Assembly (NCBI GenBank): GCA_965660545.1
Contig: CBFIAF010000002.1
Span: 78,335 to 142,334 of the forward strand
Length of the DNA stretch: 64,000 bases
Source: Alphaproteobacteria bacterium
Lineage (GTDB): Bacteria; Pseudomonadota; Alphaproteobacteria; Bin95
Direction of reading: 5' to 3'
Within the stretch, counting starts at the first letter, position 1. Every line of letters begins with the position of its first letter. Under the pieces are notes generated by a model that made no database searches, was not told the DNA's origin, and saw only the letters and a list, made by a program, of their open reading frames with translations. Below, piece after piece: positions 1-10,476 of this stretch. Both the position numbers and the translations under genes were made by a program.

Positions 1-993
1 TCCTATAACTTCTGGCTCGATGTGTTCATATAAGCGGGGATCTTTCTCAACAGCTGAGACATGTAAGCCAGCTTTATGCGCAAAAGCGGATGCGCCGACA
101 TAAGCGGCGTGACGGTTTGGCGCGCGGTTCATGCGTTCGTCCAGCATCCGGCTGACTTGGGGCAGGCGCAGCAGCGCTTCATCGGTGATGCCGACGTTGT
201 AGCCCATTTTTAGCTTCAGTGTCGGGATCAACGAGACGAGGTTGGCATTGCCGCATCGCTCGCCAAGGCCGTTCAATGTGCCTTGCACCTGTCGCGCGCC
301 GGCGCGAACGGCGGCGATCGAGTTTGCAACGGCATTTTCAGTGTCATTATGCGTGTGAATGCCAATCCGTTCGCCGCCAAACTTGGCGACAACGACGCCG
401 ACAATTTCTTCCACTTCATGGGGCAAGGCACCGCCATTGGTGTCGCACAAAACGACCCAGCGGGCTTCAGAATCGAGCGCCGCGCCAATAGCTTTCAGCG
501 CGTATTCTGGGTTCGCCTTATAGCCATCAAAGAAGTGCTCAGCATCGAATAAGGTCTCGCGGCCGCGGTGTACGCACTCTGCAACGCTGTCGCTGATCAT
601 GCGGATGTTTTCGTCGAGATCGACGCCAAGAGCGGTGGTGGCGTGAATATCATGAGTTTTGCCGACGAGGCACACAGCGGGTGTGTTTGCACCGAGTACG
701 GCTGTCAGGCTTAGGTCATTAGCGGCGCTGCGGCCAGACCGACGGGTCATGCCGAACGCGGTGAAGGTGGCTGATTTCAAGCCCTCTGATTGCGCGAAGA
801 ATTCATCATCACGCGGGTTTGCACCTGGCCATCCACCTTCAACATAATCAATGCCAAGGCCGTCCAAAGCGTTTGCAATGGCGGCCTTATCGGCAGCGCT
901 GAAATCAACCCCGTGAGTCTGGGCACCATCACGCAGAGTTGTATCATATAGGTAGATGCGGGTGGGTTCGGTCACGGTCAAATTAGCTTTCAT
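1..993 (-). CDS. cimA: Citramalate synthase / 2-isopropylmalate synthase family (LeuA-related, TIGR00977-like). Partial: the C-terminal part runs off the window start.
   Basis: Reverse-complement translation from the ATG at 991-993 reads MKANLTVTEPTRIYLYDTTLRDGAQTHGVDFSAADKAAIANALDGLGIDYVEGGWPGANPRDDEFF..., then ...HTHNDTENAVANS... The LYDTTLRDGAQ and HxH motifs are typical of the LeuA/CimA HMGL-like family. The reading frame stays open to position 1, so the ORF is absent from the six-frame track, which only lists closed ORFs. Confidence 0.8.
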   Translation of the reverse strand, partial: MKANLTVTEPTRIYLYDTTLRDGAQTHGVDFSAADKAAIANALDGLGIDYVEGGWPGANPRDDEFFAQSEGLKSATFTAFGMTRRSGRSAANDLSLTAVLGANTPAVCLVGKTHDIHATTALGVDLDENIRMISDSVAECVHRGRETLFDAEHFFDGYKANPEYALKAIGAALDSEARWVVLCDTNGGALPHEVEEIVGVVVAKFGGERIGIHTHNDTENAVANSIAAVRAGARQVQGTLNGLGERCGNANLVSLIPTLKLKMGYNVGITDEALLRLPQVSRMLDERMNRAPNRHAAYVGASAFAHKAGLHVSAVEKDPRLYEHIEPEVIG

Positions 994-1007
994 TGATGCA
1001 GAACAGC

Positions 1008-1037
1008 AAACGGGGGCAGCTAAAGCTGCCCCCGTTT
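1008..1037. terminator. Perfect 13-bp stem / 4-nt loop hairpin (aaacgggggcagc-taaa-gctgcccccgttt). Candidate intrinsic terminator for the minus-strand gltA, sitting 15 nt upstream of the cimA start.
   Basis: Seen directly in the sequence. The stem is GC-rich and flanked by A/T tracts on both sides, so it could function in either direction. The downstream U-run in the gltA transcript orientation is imperfect (GCUGUUCUG). Confidence 0.45.
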
Positions 1038-1075
1038 AGCACGATGCCAGACGGCGTGTAGCGCTTTTTTGTTGG

Positions 1076-2425
1076 TTAGCGTTTATCAACCGGTACGTAA
1101 TCCCGAAACGGCTTGCCGGTGTAAAGTTGACGAGGGCGGTTGATCTTCTGTTCAGAGTCTTCAATCAGCTCATTCCACTGCGCGATCCAACCGACGGTGC
1201 GGCCAATTGCAAACAATGCGGTGAACATAGAGACCGGGAAGCCCATCGCTTTCAGGATGAAACCAGAATAGAAATCTACGTTCGGATAGAGGCGACGCTG
1301 GATAAAGTATTCATCTTCAAGCGCAATTCGCTCAAGTTCAACTGCGACTTCAAGCAGTGGGTCGTGGACGCCTAGAGTCTCAAGCACTTCATGTGCAGCC
1401 TTACCAATGACAGTCGCACGCGGATCAAAGTTCTTGTATACTCGATGGCCAAAGCCAAAGAGACGGAAGCTATCATTTGGGTCTTTAGCGCGGGCGACCA
1501 TCGCCGGCACTTTATCGACCGTGCCAATTTCCTCCAGCATGTTGAGGACTTGTTCATTCGCGCCACCATGGGAAGGGCCCCAAAGCGCTGCGATACCAGC
1601 AGCGATGCAGGCATAAGGATTGGCACCCGTGGACCCTGCTAAACGCACAGTTGAAGCAGATGCATTCTGCTCATGGTCTGCGTGGAGCGTGAAAATAAGG
1701 TCCAATGTTTTGGCGATGACTGGATCAACCTTGTATTCCTCAGCCGGTGTTGAGAAGCACATGTGGAGGAAATTTTCCGCGTAACCCATATCATTGCGCG
1801 GATACACGAACGGCTGGCCAATGGTGTATTTATAGGCCCATGCAGCGATCGTTGGCATCTTCGCAATCAAGCGATATGAGGCGACCTTCCGATGCCAAGG
1901 GTCTTCGATGTTCAGGCTATCATGGTAGAACGCAGAGAGCGCGCCCACCACACCGCACATAACGGCCATAGGGTGTGCATCGCGGCGGAAACCCCGGAAA
2001 AAATTAGTAATTTGATCATGCACCATCGTGTGGTGCGTGATGTCGTAAGTAAACTTAACTTTCTCTTCAGCGGTAGGCAGTTCGCCATACAGCAGCAAGT
2101 AGCAGGATTCCATATAGTCGCTGTGTTCAGAAAGCTGCTCAATCGGATACCCGCGATACAGCAGAATGCCTTTGTCGCCGTCAATGAACGTGATCTTTGA
2201 TTGGCAGCTGCCGGTCGCTGTGTAGCCTGGATCATAAGTGAACAGGCCGAATTCCTTGTTGAAGCTTCGAATATCGACAACTGGAACACCAGCTGATCCA
2301 TGCATAACTTGAAATTCAGCTGATTTTCCAGACGCGTTGTCCTTCATCGTGACTGTATGGTGTTTACCAGATGTGCTCATGTGGAATATCCCCCAACGGC
2401 TGTGTTTTGACTGCCGTCCTTGCAA
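1076..2425 (-). CDS. gltA: Citrate synthase (type II)
   Basis: 449 aa. Contains the [14 protein letters not shown] citrate synthase signature, and full length is typical of hexameric citrate synthase. Confidence 0.95.
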   Translation of the reverse strand: MQGRQSKHSRWGIFHMSTSGKHHTVTMKDNASGKSAEFQVMHGSAGVPVVDIRSFNKEFGLFTYDPGYTATGSCQSKITFIDGDKGILLYRGYPIEQLSEHSDYMESCYLLLYGELPTAEEKVKFTYDITHHTMVHDQITNFFRGFRRDAHPMAVMCGVVGALSAFYHDSLNIEDPWHRKVASYRLIAKMPTIAAWAYKYTIGQPFVYPRNDMGYAENFLHMCFSTPAEEYKVDPVIAKTLDLIFTLHADHEQNASASTVRLAGSTGANPYACIAAGIAALWGPSHGGANEQVLNMLEEIGTVDKVPAMVARAKDPNDSFRLFGFGHRVYKNFDPRATVIGKAAHEVLETLGVHDPLLEVAVELERIALEDEYFIQRRLYPNVDFYSGFILKAMGFPVSMFTALFAIGRTVGWIAQWNELIEDSEQKINRPRQLYTGKPFRDYVPVDKR

Positions 2426-2483
2426 CGGTTTAAGAAATTATGGTAGCGCCTAAGGGCGATTTTTGCAATTAAAAGCGCTCTGC

Positions 2484-3890
2484 TCATCCAGCGGCGGCCG
2501 CTCGGCGCAATGTCTCGTCTCGGCCAAGAACAGCTGCAACCTCGAAGAGGCTTGGCGATGCATCTGAGCCCGTAAGCGCTGCTCTGAGCGGCTGTGCTAG
2601 CTTGCCGAGCTTCAGATCTACTGCTTCCGCGCCTGCACGCAGAGCCGCTTCAATGCTGTCGTCGGTCCATGCGCCATCGGGGATTGCAGAAAGGGCGGTT
2701 AAGGCGGCGGCTAAGCCAGCGGAAGCGTCTGTGCTAGCCAGCACTTTAGCAGCTTTCGGAGATCGGCTGAATGGAGCGCCATCCAGGTAAATCTCGGCGG
2801 ATACCGCAAGGTCGAGCAATGTCTTCGCGCGCTGTCGCAGGCTGGCCATACCTGTCTTGAGGCGTATGGTTTCTGGATCAGAAAGGCGGCGCTCAATCTT
2901 GGCTTCTATCATTGGTAAAATAGCTTTGATCAAGGACTCCGGGTGGGATTCACGCATGTAATGTGCGTTGGTGTTCTCCAGCTTAGCGATATCGAATCTG
3001 GAGGCTGACCGGCCGACGCCTTCTAGATCAAACAACTTGATGGCGTCTTCTGTCGGCACGATTTCGAGATCGCCGTGGCTCCAGCCCAGCCGCAGCAAAT
3101 AGTTTCGGATCGCAGCTGGTAACAGCCCCATATCCCGATACGCATCGACGCCAAGCGCGCCATGGCGTTTCGAGAGTTTCGCCCCGTCAGCCCCGTGGAT
3201 CAGGGGAATGTGTGCAAAAGCGGGTAATGTCCAATTCATTGCGTTGAACACCTGAATTTGGCGGAAGGTGTTGTTCAAGTGATCATCGCCGCGAATGACA
3301 TGGGTGATGCCCATATCGTGGTCATCTACAACGACGGCCAGCATATAGGTCGGCGTACCGTCGGCGCGGAGTAAGACCATGTCGTCCAGCTCAGCATTGG
3401 CCACCCGCACATCGCCCTGAACGAGGTCATTGATAACGGTTTCGCCGTCTTTCGGGGCCTTTAGCCGAATTGCGGGCTTGATGCCCTCAGGGGCTTCACT
3501 CGGGTCCCGGTCGCGCCAGCGGCCATCATAAAGGAAGCGCCTTTGTTCAGCTTGGGCCGCGGCGCGGAGTTCTGTCAACTCTTCGGTAGTAGCGTAGCAT
3601 TTGTAGGCGTAGCCGCTGGCCAACATTGCTTCCGCCACCTCGACATGGCGATCAACGCAGGCGAACTGGAACACAGGCTCGTCATCCCAATCGAGCTCCA
3701 GCCAGCGCAGACCATCCAGTATCGCGTCAATGGCTGGCTCAGTTGAGCGTTTGCGATCTGTGTCCTCAACTCGAAGCATGAACTTGCCGTCGTGGCGTTT
3801 GGCGAAGAGATAATTGAACAGCGCCGTCCGGGCACCGCCAATATGTAAGAATCCAGTCGGCGACGGTGCAAAACGAGTGACAACAGTCAT
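2484..3890 (-). CDS. gltX: Glutamyl-tRNA synthetase
   Basis: 468 aa. N-terminus [28 protein letters not shown] (HIGH motif) and a KLSKRHG (KMSKS) motif. Adjacent to gltA as in many alphaproteobacteria. Confidence 0.95.
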   Translation of the reverse strand: MTVVTRFAPSPTGFLHIGGARTALFNYLFAKRHDGKFMLRVEDTDRKRSTEPAIDAILDGLRWLELDWDDEPVFQFACVDRHVEVAEAMLASGYAYKCYATTEELTELRAAAQAEQRRFLYDGRWRDRDPSEAPEGIKPAIRLKAPKDGETVINDLVQGDVRVANAELDDMVLLRADGTPTYMLAVVVDDHDMGITHVIRGDDHLNNTFRQIQVFNAMNWTLPAFAHIPLIHGADGAKLSKRHGALGVDAYRDMGLLPAAIRNYLLRLGWSHGDLEIVPTEDAIKLFDLEGVGRSASRFDIAKLENTNAHYMRESHPESLIKAILPMIEAKIERRLSDPETIRLKTGMASLRQRAKTLLDLAVSAEIYLDGAPFSRSPKAAKVLASTDASAGLAAALTALSAIPDGAWTDDSIEAALRAGAEAVDLKLGKLAQPLRAALTGSDASPSLFEVAAVLGRDETLRRAAAAG

Positions 3891-4077
3891 GCTGGGCGCT
3901 CCTAAAACCGGGCAGGGTGCCCGATGCTGCGATGCCGCTGTATAAGGTCTTTCGTGTACGGAAGGTCAAGGCGGCATTTTGCCAAATTTGTGGGAAAAGC
4001 TATCGAGCGCGCCAACGATGAGCCGCCGCTAGCCAATTCTGTGGGCACCGTTTTTTGCTGTCGGTGCTGCAACCGAC

Positions 4078-6076
4078 ATGACGCTGAGCACTGAACCGAG
4101 CTTCTGGCCAGTGGTGTCTGCCTTGCTCGCGCTATTTTTTTAGTAATCTTCGGGTGGCGTTTCGATCGTCTGCATTGGCTATTGTTATTAATGTTTGCCG
4201 CTAGCCTCGGGATTCTCTGGTGTTTACTCCGGACGGATTGGGTTGAACCGCCAATGTATACCGCTAGCAGGCGGGAGAGATTTCAGGCATCGCTGCGTGG
4301 GTTAGGCGGCAGACTCGCGCTCCCTGTTGGAACTCAGAAACGTTCTTTTCAAAGTGCGCGGCAAGATTACGGACCTCACGCGAGATTGCGCTGGGCTGGT
4401 GAAAGGCGCGCGCATCACGGTAGGTGATAGAGTGTGGGTCAGGGCGATTATGCGCCCATCACCTAGGCCATTGGTCCCAGGCGATTTTGATTTACGGCGC
4501 GGGGCCTATTTTAAGCAGATTGGCGCTGTTGGCTTTGCAATCGGCACCGCAGTCATTACGCAAGCCCGGGACCGCAGTGACCTCAGACGTTGGGTTAACC
4601 AGGCGCGGGCTGGAATCCAGCTTGAAGTCTATTCTGCCCTGGCGGATAAACCAAACATTGCTGGCATTATTGCAGCGGTGACTGTCGGCCACCGCGCGGG
4701 TGTTGTGGATGAAGACCAGGACGCCCTCCGCGCGTATGGTTTGGCATATTTACTTGCAATTTCCGGATTGCATTTTGGGCTAGCAGCGGGCGTGATTTTC
4801 TGTGTATCGCGGCTTCTGCTGGCATTGCCACATGGTGTTGCATTTCGAATTCTGATCCATAATATCGCAGCGTTGATGGCGATCCTGGCCGCGGCTGGAC
4901 ATCTGGCGATGTCTGGTGCCGCGCCGCTGGCGCAACGCGTGTTTGTCATGGTAACGGCGGGTATGTTGTCAGTCATGGTGGATAGGTTGTGCTCTGGTCT
5001 TTGGTTCATCGCCTGGGCGGCGGCGATCGTAATCGCAGCGCCGTCAGATGTGGTTGTGGTGCCAAGTTTTCAGCTCTCGTTTGCAGCTGCGACCGGTATC
5101 GTCTCGGCCTATGAAGCCCACGCGGCGCGTCGCCAACGGGAGGCGGAACCAAGGCTTCTTGGTGGTGGGTTGATTCGGTATATCTGGCGATATGCCAGCG
5201 GGATAGCCGGGCCTCGCTCATCGCGCCAGCGGCGACGACCCCTCCGGCACTCGCATATTTCCAACAGACCCCAGCATATGGTGTTGTTGCGAACTTGACA
5301 GCGATGCCATTGATGGCGTTCTGGATCATGCCGTCAGCAATCCTTACGGCGTCCTTATTGCTGATCGGCCAGGGGTTTACATGGCGTTTCAGGCGATGTG
5401 ACATGGTGTCGAGCTCGTATTGGCTGCAGCCTATGTGGTGCAGAGTTGGGAAGGCGGTCTAATCCATGCAGCAGCATCACCCGGCTGGGTCGCTGGCGCG
5501 TTCATGGCGGGCGGTGTGGACATTTGCGCGCTTAGAGGTTGGCCGCGCTGGCTTGGATTGGCCGGAATCGCTGCCGCTACATTGGGTTTACCAGTGGCGA
5601 CGCCGCCAGATATTCTTGTGGATGAGCAAGGTCGTATCGCAGCTGTTCGGGATGGAAATATACTTTGTTTCACGTCAACAAGGCGCGGTGCGTTCGAGCA
5701 GAAAGCGTGGGTACGCTATGTTGGTGGCGTTAAGGTTATGGCGCTTGCAGATGCGCCTGTGAGCCTAGCCCGATGTGACCCTGCTGGATGCTTGATTGCA
5801 GAGGATACCGCTACGGTCGCGATCTCGCTTCTGCCACAGGGGCTCGGCGACGATTGTCGCCGGCTGATTATGGTATTGCCCGCTATCGTGGCTCTGCCGC
5901 TAAAGCAAGGGAATGCCCTGACGGTATGCATTCGCCTGATCTATTCGATCAGCAGCGTGACGGAGCTCTCGCACTTTGGGTCAAATACTGCGCAGTTACA
6001 ACAAGAAGTGCAGCAGCGGCACGAGGCGCACGCCCTTGGTCGGAGTAATCAGCATGGCCATGTTTGCAACGGTTAG
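4078..6076 (+). pseudogene. comEC: DNA internalization-related competence protein ComEC/Rec2. Disrupted by several frameshifts, so a likely pseudogene.
   Basis: ComEC motifs are spread over three reading frames: frame 1 at 4078-4143 (MTLSTEPSFWPVVSALLALFF*); frame 0 at 4095-4427 (…LLMFAASLGILWCLL…EPP…); frame 1 at 4327-~5190 (…RVWVRAIMRPSPRPLVPGDFDLRRGAYFKQIGAVGFAIG… and …AYLLAISGLHFGLAAG…, the competence-domain signature); frame 0 at ~5115-5398 (…LAYFQQTPAYGVVANLTAMPLMAFWIMPSAILTASLLL…); frame 2 at 5420-6076 (C-terminal region). The first frame change coincides with a T7 homopolymer at 4134-4140. There is no metallo-beta-lactamase domain, as in other short alphaproteobacterial ComEC proteins. 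Confidence 0.75.
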
Positions 6077-6762
6077 TGATAACGGCGGATCAAGCTGATC
6101 AGGCGGCCCTGCACCTCAACTTCATCCGGTGCGTATTCTTGCGGCGGGAAATCTGGATTGGCCGCTCGTAAGATAACGCGCCCGGGTTCCCGGTCGATGT
6201 GTTTCAGCGTCGCTTCTTCCTGGCGAACCAGGGCAACCACAATGGCACCATTATCCGCGACCGCACCTTCTTCAATGATGACCACATCGCCGTCCATAAT
6301 GCCGTCATCGATCATAGAGCGGCCTGAAACTTCCAGTGCATAGTGGTTGCCGCGGCCCAGCATTTCCCGTGGTACATCGACAAAGGCATTGGGGTCATTC
6401 AGCGCTTCAATTGGCGTACCAGCAGCGATCAGACCGTGCAGAGGCAGGGAGACCGAGCCTATATTTTCATCCGAAGCGATCGCGTGCAGCGGCTTATCCC
6501 TGCGCGCAGGCTCGCGGCGTGGCGCGTGGCTTGCGGAAAGAGCGGCGTCTTCAGGCAGGCGCGTTACTTCCAGTGCACGGGCTTTGTGGGCGAGGCGGCG
6601 GATAAAGCCGCGTTCTTCCAGGCCCATCACTAGACGGTGAACGCCAGATTTAGAACGAAGGTCCAACGCATCTTTCATCTCGTCGAAAGATGGAGAAACA
6701 CCAGTTTCGCTGATGTGGTTATTGATAAACGTCAGCAATTCGTGCTGTTTGCGGGTAAGCAT
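6073..6762 (-). CDS. lexA: LexA repressor (alphaproteobacterial long form)
   Basis: 229 aa. N-terminal winged-HTH (MLTRKQHELLTFINNHISETGVSPSFDEM…GFIRR) and a C-terminal S24 peptidase domain (…GDVVIIEEGAVADNGAIVVALV…RLISLIRRY). An SOS box lies upstream. Confidence 0.93.
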   Translation of the reverse strand: MLTRKQHELLTFINNHISETGVSPSFDEMKDALDLRSKSGVHRLVMGLEERGFIRRLAHKARALEVTRLPEDAALSASHAPRREPARRDKPLHAIASDENIGSVSLPLHGLIAAGTPIEALNDPNAFVDVPREMLGRGNHYALEVSGRSMIDDGIMDGDVVIIEEGAVADNGAIVVALVRQEEATLKHIDREPGRVILRAANPDFPPQEYAPDEVEVQGRLISLIRRYH

Positions 6763-6826
6763 GGCTTAAGGTTCCTTTATTGAACCCAGGGCGCACGGGT
6801 ATGCAGGCCCTATCTGTCAAATAATC

Positions 6827-6841
6827 GTTCTAGTTTAGTTC
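6827..6841 (-). promoter_or_regulatory. Alphaproteobacterial LexA operator (SOS box), GTTC-N7-GTTC direct repeat, 65-80 nt upstream of the lexA start (autoregulation)
   Basis: The sequence GTTCtagtttaGTTC sits at 6827-6841 in the AT-rich 195-bp moeA-lexA intergenic region. GTTCN7GTTC is the established LexA box of the Alphaproteobacteria. Confidence 0.75.
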
Positions 6842-6957
6842 ACAGTAACAGTCAAGTATGTTCTTAATATTGACAGATAATTAACATTAATGATCTGTAT
6901 TCGTTCTGCAAGTAAGCGCCCTATGTGTCGTGAGCCTGCGACACACAACATGCTGAT

Positions 6958-8160
6958 TTATATGGGATCTAATGGAAGAACCTGCACGAGATCACCGCTT
7001 TTCGCTGCCTCTGTATGAGGTGGTCTGACGATCAGGGCATTCGCTGCGGCATAAACGGACATCATAGAACTGTCCTGCACGCTGAAGGGTTCAACCACGA
7101 ATCCATGTTCCTGTTCCGCTGTCATGCGCGCACGAACATAGTCCTGGCGGCGGTCATTGGCAGACATCGGAGTTTTAAGGCGGGCATAGGTTACAGGTGG
7201 TCCTGTATCATCGCGACCTAACATGTATCTGATCGCAGGGCCGAGGAACAAATGGGCGCAAACCATTGTTGAGACGGGGTTGCCGGGGAGGCCAAGCACC
7301 ATTTGTCCGCCAAGCGCGCCGAACATCAGCGGCTTGCCGGGTCGCATCGCGATCCGCCAGAAATCAACATCCAGGCCTTCTTTGACCAGGGCGCTCTGCA
7401 CGAGATCATGGTCTCCAACTGATGCGCCGCCAAGTGTCACTAGAATATCGCAGCCTGCGGCCTGGCGGGCGGCAGTGATTAACGCGCCTTCATCGTCGTT
7501 GACGACATCTAGCATCAAAGGCTCGCCGCCGCATTCTCGCACGTAGGCCGCGATGCCGAGGCCACTGGAGCCAATGATTTGCCCAGGCTCCAGCACATCG
7601 CCGGGAAGCTTAATTTCATCTCCTGTCGCCAGAATTGCGACCCGTGGACGCCGCGCGGCGCGCACCCATACGGTATTCATGCCCGCAGCAAGGCTGAGCT
7701 GACCGGGAGTCATGATCGTGCCTGCAGAAATTGTGGTTTCACCACTCCTGAAATCCAGCCCGGCGCGACGGATATGGCGACCGAGTTCAGCGGCTTTGTT
7801 CAGGCTTAAGTTATCGCTATCACGATCAACGTCTTCCTGAAGCACAATAGAATCTGCACCTGCTGGTACTTCGCCGCCAGTGAAAATACGAACGGCCTGG
7901 CCTTCGCCAACATTGCTAGTGAAAGGCCTACCTGCCGGTGATTCGCCTATGACCGTTAGATTAGCTGGTGCGGCTGAAGTATCTGCCGCGCGCAAGGCAT
8001 AACCATCCATCGCAGACATATCTGCGGGGGGCTGTGTGCGGCGGGCGACTATGGGTTCAGCGAGGGTTCGACCATGGGCGTCGGCAAGCATGATGAGTTC
8101 AACGCCAGTAGGTTTGGCAGCCACTAGAACGCGCGCCTGGGCTTCCTCGACGGGAATCAC
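6958..8160 (-). CDS. moeA: Molybdopterin molybdotransferase MoeA
   Basis: 400 aa. SAMDGYA motif and MoeA domain organisation. Start overlaps the moaC stop by 4 nt. Confidence 0.9.
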   Translation of the reverse strand: MIPVEEAQARVLVAAKPTGVELIMLADAHGRTLAEPIVARRTQPPADMSAMDGYALRAADTSAAPANLTVIGESPAGRPFTSNVGEGQAVRIFTGGEVPAGADSIVLQEDVDRDSDNLSLNKAAELGRHIRRAGLDFRSGETTISAGTIMTPGQLSLAAGMNTVWVRAARRPRVAILATGDEIKLPGDVLEPGQIIGSSGLGIAAYVRECGGEPLMLDVVNDDEGALITAARQAAGCDILVTLGGASVGDHDLVQSALVKEGLDVDFWRIAMRPGKPLMFGALGGQMVLGLPGNPVSTMVCAHLFLGPAIRYMLGRDDTGPPVTYARLKTPMSANDRRQDYVRARMTAEQEHGFVVEPFSVQDSSMMSVYAAANALIVRPPHTEAAKSGDLVQVLPLDPI

Positions 8161-8639
8161 TTACTTGCCTCATACACACCAGACTTACCCCCTGATTTAT
8201 GCTGCAGCCGGGTATTTTCAATCGTCATGCCCCGGTCCATAGCTTTGACCATATCGTATACGGTTAGGGCAGCCACAGAGGCTGCTGTTAGCGCTTCCAT
8301 CTCAACACCTGTCTTATTAGTTGTTTTGCATTCGGCTTTAATATTAACGGATTGCAGGTCTTCGCTAACTTGAAGGTCAAGTTTTACAGCAGTCAATGGA
8401 AGGGGGTGGCACAGCGGAATGAGGTCAGATGTTTTCTTGGCTGCCATAATCCCCGCTAGTCGGGCAACCGCCAGCACATCGCCTTTTCCGACCTTGCCTT
8501 CTGCGATGCGCTCGCCTGTTTCACGCTGCATGGTGATACGGGAGACAGCGACCGCGCGCCGGTCTGTTTCAGGCTTAGCGCCGACATCTACCATCTGTGC
8601 GCGCCCAGAGGCATCGAAATGGGTCAGCTTATCTGCCAT
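8157..8639 (-). CDS. moaC: Cyclic pyranopterin monophosphate synthase MoaC
   Basis: 160 aa. Contains …[10 protein letters not shown]… and MVDVGAK… typical of MoaC. Confidence 0.92.
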   Translation of the reverse strand: MADKLTHFDASGRAQMVDVGAKPETDRRAVAVSRITMQRETGERIAEGKVGKGDVLAVARLAGIMAAKKTSDLIPLCHPLPLTAVKLDLQVSEDLQSVNIKAECKTTNKTGVEMEALTAASVAALTVYDMVKAMDRGMTIENTRLQHKSGGKSGVYEASK

Positions 8640-8640
8640 G

Positions 8641-9441
8641 TTATGCGCGTCCCTCGCCGATGAGTTTGGACGCCGCCTGTTGCAAGGCGTCCTCCCGCAT
8701 CAGCCGTTCACCAACGAGGAACCCACGGGCACCATCCGCCCAGAGCCGGGCTAGGTCCGCTCGGTCGCCAATCCCGCTTTCAGAAATAATGCGTCGCCCG
8801 GCATGCGCTTTGGCTGCAAGCCGACCTGTCGTTGCAAGATCGGTTTTCATGATCTTGAGGTCGCGATTGTTGATGCCGATCAGCGGTGATTGCAGTTTCA
8901 TTGCGCGCTCGAATTCAGCTTCGTCGTGAGTCTCCACCAGTACATCCATTCCGTAGCTCATGGCGGTACATTCCATTTCGGCCGCCAGGACATCATCGAC
9001 GGCGGATAGAATGATCAGAACGCAATCGGCATCGAGAGCACGGGATTCGACGATTTGATAGGGCGAGACCATGAAATCTTTGCGGAGAGCGGGAATGCTG
9101 CAGGCACCCCGTGCTTGGGCGAGATAGGCGTCCTCGCCCTGAAAATATGGCGCATCCGTCAACACGGATAGGCAAGCAGCACCTGCGGCCTCATAGGCGG
9201 TAGCGAGGGCGGATGGATTGAAATCTTCCCGGATCAATCCGGCACTGGGAGAGGCGCGTTTGATCTCCGTGATCATCGGATATTGCCCCGCGTCGTCTTT
9301 GGCCGCCAGTGCCGCGCCGAAGCCGCGCACTGGGTCTGCCGCCTTGGCGATTGGCTCAAGCACGCTCAGCGGCTTCTCGCGTTCACAGGCTGCGACATGC
9401 TCACGCTTTCGGTCAACAATTTCCTGCAGAATATCGGCCAT
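8641..9441 (-). CDS. trpC: Indole-3-glycerol phosphate synthase
   Basis: 266 aa. Contains [15 protein letters not shown] and a phosphate-binding C-terminus. Start codon overlaps the trpD stop. Confidence 0.92.
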   Translation of the reverse strand: MADILQEIVDRKREHVAACEREKPLSVLEPIAKAADPVRGFGAALAAKDDAGQYPMITEIKRASPSAGLIREDFNPSALATAYEAAGAACLSVLTDAPYFQGEDAYLAQARGACSIPALRKDFMVSPYQIVESRALDADCVLIILSAVDDVLAAEMECTAMSYGMDVLVETHDEAEFERAMKLQSPLIGINNRDLKIMKTDLATTGRLAAKAHAGRRIISESGIGDRADLARLWADGARGFLVGERLMREDALQQAASKLIGEGRA

Positions 9442-10472
9442 TAGAGGCGCTCCGGCGGCGGCGCTTGATTCGTAATGGCAATGAGTTTCGCCAGGGCTAT
9501 GCTCGCCATGCCACTATCAATGCTGGCCTCTGCCATAGCGACGCCTGCTTTCAGGTCTGGGACTTTATCTGAGACCATGAATGCTGCCGCCGCGTTGTAC
9601 AGGACAACGTTCCGATACGGGTTTTTGGCACCATCAAGCAGTGCCCGGAGCGCTTTGGCGTTTTCTTCTGGCAATCCGCCCTGCAAATCATTGGTGGATG
9701 CTGTTGGAATGCCTGCATCGTCAGGCAAAAGCTCGAATAGCGTTACCTTGCCGTTGTTCAGTTCGGCCACGGTGGAAGGGCCAGTCGTAGTTAGCTCATC
9801 CATGCCATCTGAACCATGGACCACCCAAGCGCGTTCTGATCCAAGCGCGCCGAGCACCTTGGCCTGCCGCTCAACGTATTCCGCCGCAAATATGCCCATA
9901 AGCTGGCGCGGCGCTTCTGCTGGATTCGATAGTGGTCCAAGCAGATTGAAGATCGTGCGCGTTGCGAGTTCTGTTCTGACACTCGCAACATGGCGGGTAG
10001 CACCGTGATGCCTTGGTGCCATCATGAACGCGATATTGGCTTCCCAAAGCGCACGCTCAACGAGGGACATATCCGCATCAATATTCACGCCCAAAGCGCC
10101 CAGCACATCAGACGACCCTGATTTAGAAGAGGCCGCGCGGTTGCCGTGCTTCGCGACGGGAACGCCCGCACCTGCAACAACAAGCGCTACGGCTGTCGAG
10201 ATATTCAGCGTTCCCTTTGGCCCACCGCCAGTGCCGCAGGTGTCGATAGCGCCTGGTGGTGGTTTAATTTTGACGGCCTTGGCGCGCATGGCGCGGGCGG
10301 CACCCGTTAGTTCGGCCTCAGTCTCCCCACGCACACGCATGCCCATGAGCAATGCACCCATTTGTGCCGGGGTTGCATCGCCAGACATCATGACATTAAA
10401 GGCGTCTTCAGCCTGCTGCTGATCAAGCGACTGGCCAAGCGATATCTGGGTCAGGAAAGGTCGAAGGTCCAT
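9441..10472 (-). CDS. trpD: Anthranilate phosphoribosyltransferase
   Basis: DTCGTGGGPKGTLNISTAVALVVAGAGVPVAKHGNRAASSKSGSSDVLGALG signature. The track ORF extends to 10547, but that extension overlaps trpG. The Met at 10470-10472 (MDLRPFLTQISLGQS…) gives a canonical N-terminus 4 nt after the trpG stop. Confidence 0.88.
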   Translation of the reverse strand: MDLRPFLTQISLGQSLDQQQAEDAFNVMMSGDATPAQMGALLMGMRVRGETEAELTGAARAMRAKAVKIKPPPGAIDTCGTGGGPKGTLNISTAVALVVAGAGVPVAKHGNRAASSKSGSSDVLGALGVNIDADMSLVERALWEANIAFMMAPRHHGATRHVASVRTELATRTIFNLLGPLSNPAEAPRQLMGIFAAEYVERQAKVLGALGSERAWVVHGSDGMDELTTTGPSTVAELNNGKVTLFELLPDDAGIPTASTNDLQGGLPEENAKALRALLDGAKNPYRNVVLYNAAAAFMVSDKVPDLKAGVAMAEASIDSGMASIALAKLIAITNQAPPPERL

Positions 10473-10476
10473 GGTG

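Noticed and set aside
4041-4058. Sigma-54-like element gGGCAC-N-TTTGCt upstream of comEC
   Set aside because: The GG-to-GC spacing is 11 nt where the -24/-12 class requires 10. It sits only ~20 nt from the ATG. No enhancer-binding-protein logic links it to comEC. Likely chance.
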